Shown in pieces: positions 14,706-28,750 of a stretch of DNA of 64,000 nucleotides. The notes beneath the pieces were generated by a model. The model had not been told where the DNA came from, did not search any database, and saw only the letters and a program-made list of their open reading frames with translations. Made by a program: the position numbers and the translations under genes. Positions within the stretch are counted from its first letter, which is position 1; every line of letters starts with the position of its first letter. This DNA is from Octopus vulgaris (lineage: Eukaryota): assembly GCA_951406725.2 (NCBI GenBank), contig OX597830.1:19468001-19532000 (forward strand), read 5' to 3'.

Positions 14706-14802
14706 ATTGACTTACGCTGCAGCCAGAGAGGGTCATCTCCCACAGGTTCTCTCCTATCTTCACATCAGGAAGAAAACTCCTGTCATCTCCCTTATATTCT
14801 TA
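14706..14802 (+). CDS. SLC7A9: SLC7A9-like copy A exon (97 nt) LTYAAAREGHLPQVLSYLHIRKKTPVISLIFL
   Basis: tttag| acceptor, |gtaagt donor; AREGHLP motif. Confidence 0.94.
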
Positions 14803-15949
14803 GTAAGTCAAGTATATGATACCTCTGTATTATCAGATGTTCATTCTATTGTGTTGTTAAATTATGTGTGTATATGCATACATATATACATGCATACATA
14901 TGCGTGTGAGTGAGTGACTAAGTGTATGTACAATATATATATATATATATAGCGAGAGAGAGAAAGAGGGTAGTGAAAATAAAGAAATTCCTGGGCGCTG
15001 GAAGGCTGAGAAGACAGCTTAGAAAATCAGGTAAATGCCCTTAGAAGTGACCAGCAAGGCTCCACTTGGTATTTGCTGCCTTGTAAAGGTGTTGATCCAA
15101 TTTTCTAAGCTGTCTTCACAATCTTCCTGCATTCACAAATTCTTTTATATTCTATAGAATATCAACACACTTGGGGCTTATAAGTTTGTTTACAATGTGT
15201 GTGTGTATGTATGCATGTGTATGGTAAAGCTTTAACATGTAGAAAAACACTTGATCAGTGAAGTGATTAAAGATAATCTTTAAAAAAATATCCCCACAAA
15301 TCTTGTAATTACAGCTACCCAGGGCGAAATAATAATTTATCAATAATGAGACCTATTGAGTCAAGGACATCAACATCAGCATCAAAATAAAAATCAAATG
15401 GAAGTTGTAGTTATGATACCCGTGTCGGTGGAACGCAAATAGCACCATGCGAACGTGGCTGATGCCAGCGCTGCCTGATTGGCGTCCATGTCGGTGATAC
15501 ATAAAAAGCACCAACCGATCGTGGCTGTTTGCCAGCCTCCTCTGGCCCCTGTACTGGTGGCACGTAAAAAGCACCCACTACACTCACGGAGTGGTTGGCG
15601 TTAGGAAGGGCATCCAGCTGTAGAAACACTGCCAGATCAGACTAGAGCCTGGCGCAGCCTCCTGGCTTTCCAGACCCCGGTCGAACCGTCCAACCCATGC
15701 TAGCATGGAAAACAAACGTTAAACTATGATGATGATGATGATGATGAATTCGTTCCAATACTTATTAATATGAAAGCAAGACCGTTTGTCAGTTTGAGTA
15801 GAAAACAATTAAACGAGAGACAATTGTAAAGAAGACAAGAAAGAAAGCCCCAAGAAAGATAACCAATGTTACACTAATTCAATGTCAAACAGACATAAAC
15901 CGGTTGTCAATAGTTTACTATGTGTCCGGTGGACTACCTTTAAATTCCA

Positions 15950-16260
15950 ACAAGATGTGTTTCCTGAAATACGGGCATACCAGAAAAATCTCGTTCCTTG
16001 AATTTATGTATTCGGTTGGAAGTTTCCAAACTTTTTAATAAATACAATTTTTCAATAGAACACACAGAAGGTTTTTTAGATCCCGTTAATATAGGATTTG
16101 GATTTAGAGAGGATTTGTCACTCGATATCGAAATTGGTCCTTTCGTCTTTAAGTTTCCAGTTTAAAACCGAAAGGGTTATTGAATCTCTCTCATCACGGT
16201 ATATAAAATTCGAAAGATAAATGTAGGTAGAAGATTCTTGCACTTAGTAGATATCCACTT
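15950..16260 (-). mobile_element. Penelope-like GIY-YIG endonuclease remnant (degenerate)
   Basis: Minus-strand translation WKLKDERTNFDIE*QILSKSKSYING / VCSIEKLYLLK resembles the other two remnants; boundaries approximate. Confidence 0.55.
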
Positions 16261-16971
16261 TCCTAGCACCCATAATAAATAATAAATGTGCCCTTTTAAA
16301 GCCTAGCCGGGCTCATGGGCCTGGTTTCAAGGGCGTATGTGTTCTCCAGTTGGACGGGACACCATTCCATCGCAGCGTTACTCATTTTTGCCAGCTGAGT
16401 GGACTGGAGCAACATGAAATGAATTTTTTTTCTCAAGAACACAACGTGTCGCCCGGTCCAGGAATCGAAACCACAATCTTACGATCATGATGCTGACACC
16501 CTAACCACTAGAACCCATAGACACAGTAAAATCTTTAACAGACACACAATAAAAGTTTCTTTTTTATGTCCTGTTAATGCCAAGTCGTATATCAATAAGT
16601 AACAGATGACTCAAACCTGCCCTGGATGCACATGTAAAGACAAATCTCAATTACTTCTTGGACAGGACTGTGATATATCTTCCGTTGTTTACGAAGTTTG
16701 GCTTGTTATATGTCTCCACTGTCCTGTTTTTGTTACCAACTCTGACCCTCCACAAATCCCAAATTTTATTTTGGTTCATGGGAGCAACTGCCTGTCGAAG
16801 CCTCATATTGTTGTTAATTGCTCGAAATGAGGAGTTGATGGACAGCCGACAACTGATGAAGGGTAGTTCTTTATGTTACTTGCCTTGTTTTCCATTTCTT
16901 CCTCTCGTTGTTTACATAGCCAAGTTCGTCTGTGTATTTCATGTTGTTTACGTTTTTTGACGTCCTATACC

Positions 16972-17002
<31 letters not shown>

Positions 17003-17031
17003 ATATGTACGTATATGTATGCATATATGCA

Positions 17032-17116
<85 letters not shown>

Positions 17117-17817
17117 CAAGAGTAGTGTTCACAAATTTCAGGAAGCATAGTGTTTTTGAAGGATGAATTGTCCTGACCGAGAACACCGGAGGTCTCAACT
17201 ATCACAGGCTCAATCATAAAACCTGACGGAGAGTGACATATACTTTGACGGTTTGTTTTTCTTAGCTTGATGAGCAACAGAGCCTGGGCTGGTAGCTGAC
17301 AACACAGGGGAAGGTGTCACAGCTTGTGGCATCCCAGATGAGGGACCTACCAACACGAAACGGGAAAATTGTCATACCATCCAGCCTTTTACCATCCCCT
17401 CAATCTTGCCCTGCAGATTCGAGCTGGAAAGGGAAGCCTGTGGCATTTAGGCCCTGATTTATGATCTTGTTAAGGGTGGCATAGAAAGTGGTCAGCACTA
17501 TGACGGCAGGACAGTGGAGTGAGGCTGAAAGAATCCACTGTGGATCCGAAGTAGCATCCATGAGGCTCTCAGATCTGGAGACCAAGCCTCAAGGAAATGC
17601 CAATGCATTGGTAGTCACTATCAAGCTGAGTGCCAGTTGCAAGTGATGGCACCGCATTGAGCCAAGCTCTGCTGTGAGGCTTGAAAGCTGAATGGAAGTA
17701 AGCTGGATGGTTCTGGTCAGGTCTTGAATAAACCATTGCACCTTATATATACACAGGTATGGCGATGGAAACAAGGAAAATAGAACTCAAAATATGGGTA
17801 TATGTGTATTTTTATTA

Positions 17818-17928
17818 ATATTTAGCAGAAGTAACAGAGTGACTCAAGTGCCGAAAGTTTTGTGGCTGATAAGTGCCAACAGATGAAATTCTTGGTCCCT
17901 GAGTCATTCTGTTCCCTCTGCTAAATAT
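17818..17928. repeat. ~110-bp hairpin / MITE-like element in TA-rich context
   Basis: 29-bp imperfect arms ATATTTAGCAGA...TGACTCA / TGAGTCA...TCTGCTAAATAT. Confidence 0.65.
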
Positions 17929-18241
17929 CAATATATATAAGTAATGATTTACCATTCAGGTACACACCTTGTAGTGTGTTGTTCAAAGCCTCAAAGCCCC
18001 TTCACAGCTCCTTGTATAAATGTGCAGCACTCCACAACTTCTAAAATGGATTGATATGTAAATAAGTGAAACAGCAAATAAAGAATTATATACCTTGTGA
18101 CAAGTTATATGAGGTGACACATATGTACCTATGATGCACCACAACTGTTTGCACGGGATCTCACCTGTGAGGTACCAGTGCACGGAGTGAGTAGACAAAC
18201 GTAAGAAAGGCACCCACCATGCCAAGGGACGACTATCAGAA

Positions 18242-18322
<81 letters not shown>

Positions 18323-19061
18323 ATATATATATAAAGGGAAAGTTTACGAAAATAAACACAAGACGAAGGCAGGTGGAGTACAAACAAACAAATGTATTAG
18401 TATAGCGCTCAGGAATAGAAATAGAAAAGTCTTATGTATGTATAAAGAAGTGTCATGGGTGGTCATAGAGGCGATACATCAGAGTCACCTATGCTGCTAA
18501 GCACTTTATAGGTACGAAACCAATGGTCACTTTATGACCAGCCCCGTAACATTTAACTTCTTACAAAATATATTTCTGCTATAATGCTTTAGAATGTGCT
18601 TCATTTTCAGATATATGAACGACTGATTATATAAATAGGGAGAGAGAGAATGTGTATGTGTGTAACATATGATGTACATACTGTACACTTTTTGCTCCCC
18701 AAACATGCAAATCTATCAAAATTGCAAGCGTTTAGTGAATTTTCTTACCCAGTTTTATTGAATGATTGTATTTCAAGTTTTAGTTCTGTTTGCTGAAATT
18801 TGTGATGCCATATCCAGGCCCTTGTTTTGGAACCAATGAGGGAGCCTCATGTCTCCTCCAAATCTCAAATCTCTCTCTAATGAACTTTAAATAAAATCTG
18901 TATCAGAAAAAATATATTAACTGGTAAAAGAAATAAAAGAAACAAAATTGAACAGCTTCGTCATGGATGGAGCTCCTTTGTTTCCATGTCTGTTCCAAAC
19001 AATTATAACATCCCATTGTACTAGAACTGTCCTAATACTGAATTCTTTGCTTTATCTGCAG

Positions 19062-19211
19062 GCAATAATTGCTTTGATCATGATAATACCAGGAGAAATA
19101 TCTTCACTAATTGATTTCTTCAGTTTTACTGCCTGGCTTTTCTATGGACTGGCTTTCTTATCGCTTATAGTAATGAGGTTTACAAAGAAAGATGAGCCCA
19201 GACCTTTCAAG
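19062..19211 (+). CDS. SLC7A9: SLC7A9-like copy A exon (150 nt; TM9-10) [50 protein letters not shown]
   Basis: ctgcag| acceptor, AAG|gtaagt donor. Confidence 0.94.
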
Positions 19212-19223
19212 GTAAGTAGACAA

Positions 19224-19264
<41 letters not shown>

Positions 19265-19830
19265 CACATGCAGACGTGGATATATTTCTTGTTACCAATC
19301 CTCACCTGTTTTTGAAGCAAGATAATATTTCCCTATGGGCAGATATGCTTCCACGGAACATTAGGAATAAATAACACTGCTTGGATGACAGGGATGCTCA
19401 TTTACAAATATCATGTTATTGAGACGAGGAGACATACACACACATGCATATGAAATCGATGAGAGTATTTACATACATTGGTGCAGTGAGTAAAGCCAGA
19501 ATAACAAAAGAGTACTTCTGTAGACTATGGGAAATATGGAACTCAGAGTTGTGTGCATTTAACAAAACCATATCTCATAATGCTTTTGTAGTACCAGTGC
19601 TAGTGCCAATATTTGGAACATGAAAGCCAGAAAAGTACTGACTTTTAGTACTTTGAATGTTGTACCATTCAAAACTATTTATTCTTTACAAACAATACAC
19701 AATGCTTCAAGCGATCTACAATACTCTCCCATACATACACACATACATACATACATACATACATACATACATACATACATACATACATACATACATACAT
19801 AATACATACGTACATACATACATACATATA

Positions 19831-19908
<78 letters not shown>

Positions 19909-20083
19909 GTTCGGAGGTGATGTACAGGTATTTTATATTAGACGAAATGAGGTACTCAGAAATTCGAATGGTTTTATATTTACAGATATTTATTTGTGTA
20001 TTACATGTTTTTATACATCATATAACTTATATCATATATCATATATTAGCGCTTTCTCCCATTCTAGTGGGGTTTTCAAATCG

Positions 20084-20143
<60 letters not shown>

Positions 20144-21621
20144 TCACACACATACCCACGAATGAGTAGATAACTGAAAGAAAGGCACTCAACACATTTA
20201 CTGGAAGTTATGAGGCTGGTTGCAGCAAGCTGCTGGTGTCTATCAACCTTTGTCATGCCTGTCCGCCAGGCGTTGCCCTCTTATGTGAGATGAAGTGATG
20301 GTGGCAGAGGCAGAAGGTCAGTGAAAACAGCCTTTGAATGTCGCATTGCATCATTTAGACAATACCTGCTGATCAGTAAAGAAAGAACTGACCACGTACA
20401 TACAGATATATACATACATACAAATATATACATACATACAAATATATACATACATACAAATATATACATACATACAAATATATACATACATGGCGAGCTT
20501 CTTTCAGTCTCTGATTGAACTTGGTAAAACTCACAAGGATTTGGTCATCCTGGATTGGCAGTAGAAGATACGTTCCTTGAATGCCATGCAGTGGGATTGA
20601 ACCTGAAACCACGTTTGTTGAGAAGTTTCTTAACCAGACAGCCACGTCTGTGCCTCGTGGTTACAAAGCAAACTCCTTAATCGTTAAATCATGTTGTGTC
20701 CCTGTGAAGGAACGTGGTTTAGTGGTTAGCGTATTTGGCTCACAATCGTAAGGTTGTAAGTTCGATTCCCGGCAGTGCTATGTGTCCTTGAGCAAAACCC
20801 TTTATTTCACATTGCTCCAGTCCACTCAGCTGGCAAGAAATAAGTAATACCTGTATTTCAAAGGGGCCAACCTTGTCATATTCTTTGTCATGCTGAATCT
20901 CTCTGAGAACTACGTTAAGAGTACGCATGTCTGTGGTGTACTCAGCCACTTGCACATGTAATTTCATGTGCAGCCTCTTCCATAGATTGAATCAACTGGA
21001 ACACTCACCGTCATAACCGATGGAGCAACGGTAAGCAAGCTGTGTCCCTGCGTGTCGTTGCTTTTCTGTTTATAGATTGCATTTTCAGAACACATGTTAG
21101 ACATCTTTCTATTTAATTTTTTCTGAAATGGATTTTGTTATTAGACGTGGCCATACTGGGGCATTGCCTTGAAGAATTTTTAGTTCAATGAATTGATCTT
21201 ATAACTTGTTTTGCTTTCGAAACCTAATACTTATTCTATGAATCTCTTTTTCTAAACTGATAACTTATGGGAATGGAAGCACGAACACCAGTTGTCAAGC
21301 AGTGGTGGAGGGGAGGGGCAAACAGAGACACGAAGATATACACTTGACAACCAGTATTGGTGTGCTTACATCCATGTAACATTGGCAAAATTGACTGATA
21401 GAATAAAGCCCAGGCTTAAGAAAATAAGCACAGAGGTTGAGTCATTGAACTAAAGTTCTTTAAGGTAGTGCCCCATCATGGCCACAGTCTAATGATTAAA
21501 ACAAATACACGATAAAAGATAAAACATTACAATTCTCATCAAATTTTTTAGCTGCTAATCCCTTTTGTTTTCAATGAAACCAAGATTAATTTTAAAAATT
21601 TCTCCTTTATCTTCTGTTAAG

Positions 21622-21790
21622 GTTTTCATCCTTGTACCAATTGTAATGCTCATCATCTCCGTATATCTGGTGGTAGCACCAATTGTACAAAATCCCGATT
21701 TGGGTTTCCTCTACGCCTTCCTTTTAATCATTGGAGGACTTATCTTCTATTTCATTTTTGTCTACTTCAAAGTCCAGTTGCCATGCATGG
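21622..21790 (+). CDS. SLC7A9: SLC7A9-like copy A exon (169 nt; TM11-12) VFILVPIVMLIISVYLVVAPIVQNP...VQLPCM
   Basis: ttaag| acceptor, G|gtaagt donor; two hydrophobic helices. Confidence 0.92.
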
Positions 21791-22504
21791 GTAAGTGTGC
21801 CTTTTTTTTTTACCTATCTTTTCTCATTCTTTTTCTTGTTTCTGTCATTTGGCTGTGGCCATTTTGGGGCACCACCTTTGACTGAGGCCTGGCAAACCAG
21901 ATGGCTGCATCAGACTCCAATCTGATCTGGCAGAGTTTCTACAACTGAATGTCCTCCCTAGCGCCAACCACTCTGGGAGTGTAGTGGGTGCTTTTACGTG
22001 CCACCGCCATGAGGGCCAGTCAGGCGGTACTGGCAACGGCCACGCTCAAATGGTGCTTCTTATGTGCCACCTGCACAGGAGCCAGTCCAGTGGCACTGGC
22101 AACGACCTTGCTTAAGTATAATACATAGATGGCTATTTTTTACTAAATACTGCCTCAATTATATATACCGGTTTTTTAATCACCGTGAGATCTTAGAATG
22201 CTGAACCTTACAAAGGAGGTGACAGAGGACTGGGATATGTGGTGCATTACTATACTCGAGAAGATACATCCACCACAACAGAAATGAGATAATAAAACCA
22301 AGGTGTCAGCATTGGTGTGGATGCTGGTGACACGTAAAAAACACCCTATACACTCTGTGTTAGTAGGCTTACAAAGAATAAGCTCTGGGGTCGATTTGCT
22401 CGACTATAAAGGCGGTACTCCAGCATGGCCGCAGTCAACTGACTGAAACAAGTAAAAGTGTAAAGAGAGTATTACCTAATCTGTGTGTGTGTGTGCGTGT
22501 GAGT

Positions 22505-22578
<74 letters not shown>

Positions 22579-22629
22579 TACAAGTGTACATCTATACTCA
22601 TCCTATGTACTTATTTTTCTATATTTCAG

Positions 22630-22718
22630 AAGCCTTTACTGAATTTATTCAAAAGTTTGCGTGTGTTGCTCCATCAAAATATAAGCCACCTGACCATTCC
22701 AAAGACAACAAGCTTTAA
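22630..22718 (+). CDS. SLC7A9: SLC7A9-like copy A last coding exon (89 nt) (E)AFTEFIQKFACVAPSKYKPPDHSKDNKL*
   Basis: tttcag| acceptor in phase 1; TxxxQxxxxVxP C-terminal LAT motif; TAA stop; same length in copy B. Confidence 0.9.
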
Positions 22719-22855
22719 GCATCAAAATTGGTAAAAACAAATATTCTGCCATTTGGAATTAAATTTTAATTCCATGAAAGTTTCAGGAAGAAAAAAAAAG
22801 AAAAAAGAAAAAGCAAATACTCAACAATATGAAAATGAAACGAATTTCTCTGGAT

Positions 22856-22930
<75 letters not shown>

Positions 22931-24105
22931 TGTGTGAGTGTTTTTGTGTGTGTGCGTGTGTTTAATCTTTTTACTGGAATTTTCTTGGAGATATTATATA
23001 CTGAACCAAATCTCAACGTTGGACTCTTTAGCCTGAATGTAAAATGTTGAGCAGCTATGGTTTATTTTCAACTGAAAAGTGGAGGGAAAAAAATGAGGCA
23101 AAAAAGCCTAAACATAACGATATACTTGTTCTGCAGTAAAATTGAACGAGCAATATTTTTCAGTGAAAGAATCTTCTGAACAACTTGAAACATGGCATAA
23201 TTTCATTAACTAATATTAACACTTCACCCTATCATCTATACTCATACATTTTTCCTTGCTCGAATATCAACTCATTGGGATTTCATTCTCAGCACATGAA
23301 CTTACAATTGTACGAATGATAAGAGCATTCATATTGAGTTCACTGGTCATTGAGGGTTTGCAAATCTTATAAAGGCAAACACTTTCTTATGACAAAAACA
23401 GTGAAAAGAAAAACAAACTTATTTTGCTCATAAAAAAAAAGGAAAGACACCAGATCAAATCTTCACCAATTCTTTTCATACCATATTTCTATTGAAATAT
23501 ATTGTCTTTGGTTTGGTTATTTTTGAAAATATTGAAATCTTTTAACTAAAATAACTTTTTTAATTTTGTTGTATCTTGGGAGAGTGGTTATGCCAATCAT
23601 AATAACACATGCACTGGGTCAATTCCACTTCTTTCTTGTTAGTCATTTTGTTAAATATGTAACCATCTAACTAATCAAGCTTTTGTTTAATGTGCTCGTC
23701 AAACAATTGATTGGCTGTTTGTTAGAGTTCTTTCGTTGCTGGTCACCACCTTTTCAGTGACTTGGTGATTTCCTCTCTCACTCCGAGGTCTGTAAGGTCT
23801 GCCCTTGTTATTATTATTGCTATTATTATTGGTGTAACCACTCTCCCAACACACAACAAAATTTGTTTCAACACATAAATTCACATCAAGAATCTTGCAA
23901 AGCAAATACAACTTCGTCATTATTGTTTTGGTTGGAGCAAAAGCTAACATGGAATTTTGATGGAAGATTTTAATTTAGTTCACTTTAATACAGAAAGATT
24001 GTGTCATAAAATCAGGGGTGATCTCAGATATGTCGTTATCCAAAGGATTAATTTAATTAAAACCTTCATTTTTTAAAATTAAGAAGAAAAAATTTTTAAT
24101 TAAAA

Positions 24106-24196
<91 letters not shown>

Positions 24197-25404
24197 AATA
24201 TTATTATTATTATTACTACTAGTATTGTTGTTATACATACATACATACAAGCATACGTAATAATGATGATAATAATAATAATAATAATAAATGGGTGTAA
24301 ACGCATGAACAAAATAAGAATAAACAAAAACAAATTACACGAACGTATATAAACAGAAGATACAAATATTACAGACATTTCCCCACACACACACACTAAC
24401 TAAACATAGACGCACATAGAGATATATGCATGCGCAAATGAAGACACATACAATAGAAATACAAAATGGCTGACGGTTAGTAAGGAGAGACACACAAATA
24501 AGAAAGAAGAAAGCAAAGGACCACTGATGCTGTCACAGGAGTGTGACGAAAGAACTCTGGCCGAAATAAGATTAAGTTTAATGTAAAAAATAAATAACGC
24601 TGAAGCAAAGTAGCACCAAATATATAGTGCGTGTGTTTTATTGACTAAACTGGCAAAATGAACATTCCGAAATACAACAACAACTTCATTATAGAGTTGA
24701 GAAAAAAATTTTTGATGAACGAAATTAAATATTGATTGATTTTTTAAAATCCAAATTTTGACCTACCCTCATTAAAGAACTTATCAGACATAGATTTGTT
24801 GATGGTTTTAAGTGATGAAAGCAACGCAGTAACTACTTAAAATAAAATGTCTTTCTGGATTATTTTTTTTTCCTGCTACTTTCCAGTAAAAGAAAAACGA
24901 ATCCTGCAAGGAATACACTAAACATCATTTACTAACATGTCTAATATGACCGGATTAAAAGGAAAAATTATTTTATGAATACACATACATCAAATGTCTG
25001 ATAAATGCTATGTCTAACTAATTAGTGTTTTTACCTGAAAAAGTGTTTTCCCTTTTTGGACAAACATCTTTTAAAAAAACAATTTTTACAAAAAAAAGCA
25101 AAAAAAAAGAGAAAATTCTTCAATTATTGACTTTTAAAATTATCAGTGCAATTTTTGCCTTTTGGAGTCTAAAAGGCATTTCATAAACAATATTCTGCAA
25201 GTGGGAAATGTGACATTTCCATACATGCCATCTCTGAAGAGCACAAGCATTAGATAACCATTCAGTTAGCTAATATCCAGTGCAAAATTAATTGGTGAAA
25301 TCGGCTGTAAGGAATCTATAATACGGAATACTTTGATTAATATATAATTGTTGATACGTTGTAAGCTTATCACAGAGTGTTATGTTGTTGTTCCTTTATC
25401 ATGC

Positions 25405-25410
25405 AATAAA
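25405..25410 (+). promoter_or_regulatory. Candidate polyadenylation signal of copy A (mirror at 35591-35596 on - for copy B)
   Basis: AATAAA conserved in both arms within a conserved non-repeat block; use is unproven. Confidence 0.35.
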
Positions 25411-25485
25411 TACACGATTACAATAATTAACACAAAGCTACACAACAACAACAACAAACATTTTTTTGTAATAAATCATTATATT

Positions 25486-25699
25486 AAGGCGGTGAGCTAG
25501 CAGAAACGTTAGCATGCCGGGCGAAATGCTTAGCAGTATTTCATCTGTCTTTACGTTCTGAGTTCAAATTCCGCCGAGGTCGACTTTGCCTTTCATCCTT
25601 TTGGGGTCAATAAATTAAGTACCAGCTGCGTACTGAGGTTAATCTAATCAACTGGCCCCCTCCAACAAAATTTCGGGCTTTGTGCCTTGAGTAGAAAAG
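25486..25699 (+). mobile_element. tRNA-derived SINE (GGCGGYGAGCTGGCAGAA family) with 16-bp TSD
   Basis: TSD AATAAATCATTATATT at 25470-25485 and 25700-25715; GAGTTCAAATTCC B box; identical mirror copy at 35171-35384. Confidence 0.88.
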
Positions 25700-26560
25700 A
25701 ATAAATCATTATATTTGTAAAAGAAATTTTATTTTATATAATATCTTTATTGAAGTTTAGTATCAAAATATTTCATTCATTTTTTATTTGTTTCAGTTAT
25801 TTGACTGTGGCCATGCTGGGGCAGTACCTTTTTCGTTTAACAGATTGGCCCCAGTACTTGTGTATGTTTTTCTTTTTAAACCTGGAACTTATTCTATAAG
25901 TCTTTTCTACCAAGCCCCTAAGGTACGAGGATGTAAACAAACCAACGTAACTTATCAAGCACCCAAACATATCAGAATGGCAAATGGATATTAAATGATG
26001 ATGACAATGAATTCCAGTTTGGTTCTAAGCTTGGAATTTACTTTATAAAGAGATGGATTGCTTCATTGGTGACATATTTAAAAATTCGTTCCTATCCGTA
26101 AAATTTATATAAACATTAACAAGGAGAATGGAGTGAGTAACTTGTTTGACTGCATGATTGAAGAATTGTTTCATCGATACTCAAACTTCTGGTAGAGCAT
26201 TGAGGAATCCGAGTTGCTCACTCCATTCTCCATGTTGACAGGCTTCCATACAATTTCTGTGTACTCACAAGGTACTGGTCTTCCTGGGGCTATGCAAGAA
26301 AACATTCACCCAAGGTGCTGCACAATGGTATTGAACCTGGAAGTGGGACTGAACCCGGAACCATATGCTTAAAAAAATGAGCTTCTTACCTATGCAACCA
26401 CGCCTACACCAAAAAGAAGGTACAGTTATCACTCGCTGTATTGCGGTTCCCCTATCACGTCCTCAGTACCTCGCAAGTTTTCCTGGCTAATATATTTAAA
26501 TTTATATCGCGGACTCCTCAGTATGTCATGGATTTCTGCAGCCAATAGGTATTTATATAC

Positions 26561-26975
26561 TCTTTACTCTTTTACTCTTTTACTTGTTTCAGTCATTTGA
26601 CTGTGGCCATGCTGGAGCACCGCCTTTAGTCGAGCAAATCGACCCCGAGACTTATTCTTTGTAAGCCCAGTACTTATTTTATCGGTCTCTTTTGCCGAAC
26701 CGCTAAGTGACGGGGACGTAAACACACCAGCATCGGTTGTCAAGCAATGCTAGGGGGACAAACACAGACACAGAAACACACACACACACATATATATATA
26801 TATACATATACGACAGGCTTCTTTCAGTTTCCGTCTACCAAATCCACTCACAAGGCATCGGTCGGCCCGGGGCTATAGCAGGAGACACTTGCCCAAGATG
26901 CCACGCAGTGGGACTGAACCCGGAACCATGTGGTTGGTAAGCAAGCTACTTACCACACAGCCACTCCTGCGCCTA
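26561..26975 (-). mobile_element. Full-length tRNA-derived SINE (same family as 2783-3290)
   Basis: Head GGCGCAGGAGTGGCTGTGTGG (A box), GGTTCAGTCCC (B-box-like), repeated tail. Confidence 0.82.
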
Positions 26976-28682
26976 TATGTTTTAGATTTAATTATTTCTG
27001 TGGTGAAATAAGCATTTTCACGCCTAAAAAGTAATAAAGAAGAATACAGTACGGTACTGGATTGTATAACACGTTGATTAAAATATATTAAAAGAAAACA
27101 TATAGTGTACCATTGATGAGTAAACAAAGAATTGCACATAATAAAATAATAAATGCGCCCTTTTAAAGCCTAGCCAGGCTCATGGGCCCGTTTTCCCGGT
27201 TTCAATGGCGTATGTGTTCCCGAGCTGGACGGGACGCCAGTCCATCGCCGCGTTACTCATTTTGACAGCTGATTGGACTGGAGCAACGTGGAATGAAGTG
27301 TTTTACTCAAGAACACAACGCGTCGCCCGGTCCAGGAATCGAAACCCCAGTCTTACGATCATGATGCTGACACCCTAACCACTAAGCTTACGCGCCTTCA
27401 CATGAATTGCACATACTGTGTGAAAAACGAAACTCGGGAGGCAAGTATAAGAGAAGACGTGAGTACTCCTAAGAGTGTGGGAAGAGTTTATAAAAGCTTA
27501 AATATTTAAAATTAAAAAAAAAATAGATATATACAAATTATAAAAGTTAATAAAAAGAAAAGATACAGTACAAAAACGTTTCTACTTCATGGATTTTCAC
27601 CTATCACGGGGGTGATTTTGGAACGTAATACCCGTGATAATCGAGGGGATTACTGTATAACATTTAACAAAACATATTTCAAAATAAATTATCATGCCTA
27701 ATTTTTCGACTGATGACCAGGGCTGCTGAATTTTGTGACCCAAATGCAACAAGTTTAATTCCTTAGCATTTGAACCGGTCATATCTGGCCTAAATGTCTT
27801 ACCTGTTTTATATTCAAAGCAACCAGACCTGGCCTCTTATAACATTGTTAAAAAAATAAACATTTGTTTTCTTTAGGCACAGGAATGGCTGTGTGGTAAG
27901 TAGCTTGCTTACCAGCCACATGATTCCAGGTTCTGTCCCAATGTGTGGCACCTTGCGCAAGTGTCTTCTACTATAGCCTCGGGCCGACCAATGCCTTGTG
28001 AGTGGATTTGTTAAACGGAAATGCATGTGTGTATGTGTGTGTATATGTTTGTGTGTCTGTATTTGTCCCCCCAACATCACTTGACAACCGATGCTGGTAT
28101 GTTTACGTCCCCCGTAACTTAGCGGTTCGGCAAAAGAGACCAATAGAATAAGTACTAGGCTTACAAAGAATAAGTCCTGAGGACAATTTGCTCGACTAAA
28201 GGCGGTGCTCCAGCATGGCCGAAGTCAAAATGACTGAAACAAGTAAAAGAGTAAAGATTAATCACATCATCAAAATTTCGAAGCTACAAAATAATGCCTG
28301 ATTACTTCGGAGCAATGTAAATAGATATGCAATATATTTGCTTAAGGGCTAAACTTGCCATTGATTGTCATTGGAGACAAGGCAATATAAAGTTTCTATA
28401 TCCAGAGCCGGTCCTAAATCCCAGGAATCCCAGGGCACTTTGAAATAGGTGGGGCCTGTCATACACAAGAATTTAAATCTTGGAAAATTACCAAATCTAA
28501 ATCTCAAAACCCATTGCATAGGCATAGGAGTGGCTGTGTGGTAAGTAGCTTGCTTACGAACCACATGGTTCCGGGTTCAGTCCCACTGCGTGGCACCTTG
28601 GGCAAGTGTCTTCTACTATAGCCTCGGACCGACCAAACCTTGTGATTAGATTTGGTAGACGGAAACTGAAAGAAGCCCGTCG

Positions 28683-28717
<35 letters not shown>

Positions 28718-28750
28718 GTTTGTGTGTCTGTGTTTGTCCACCCAACATCA

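Larger units (their letters stand above)
3363..22718 (+). other. SLC7A9: Gene model, copy A: SLC7A9/b(0,+)AT-like L-type amino acid transporter light chain, 3' part (8 exons; 5' exons upstream of window)
   Basis: Eight AG/GT-bounded exons splice in frame into an 878-nt partial CDS with LAT motifs [43 protein letters not shown] and RPFKV. Exon sizes match my recollection of human SLC7A9 exons 6-11. Confidence 0.92.

Noticed and set aside
16820-16966. CUGAUGA motif in a repeat (mirror at ~43345-43500); also CTGATGA at ~1624 and ~9830
   Set aside because: I could not find a properly placed stem II-GAAA-stem III to complete a hammerhead
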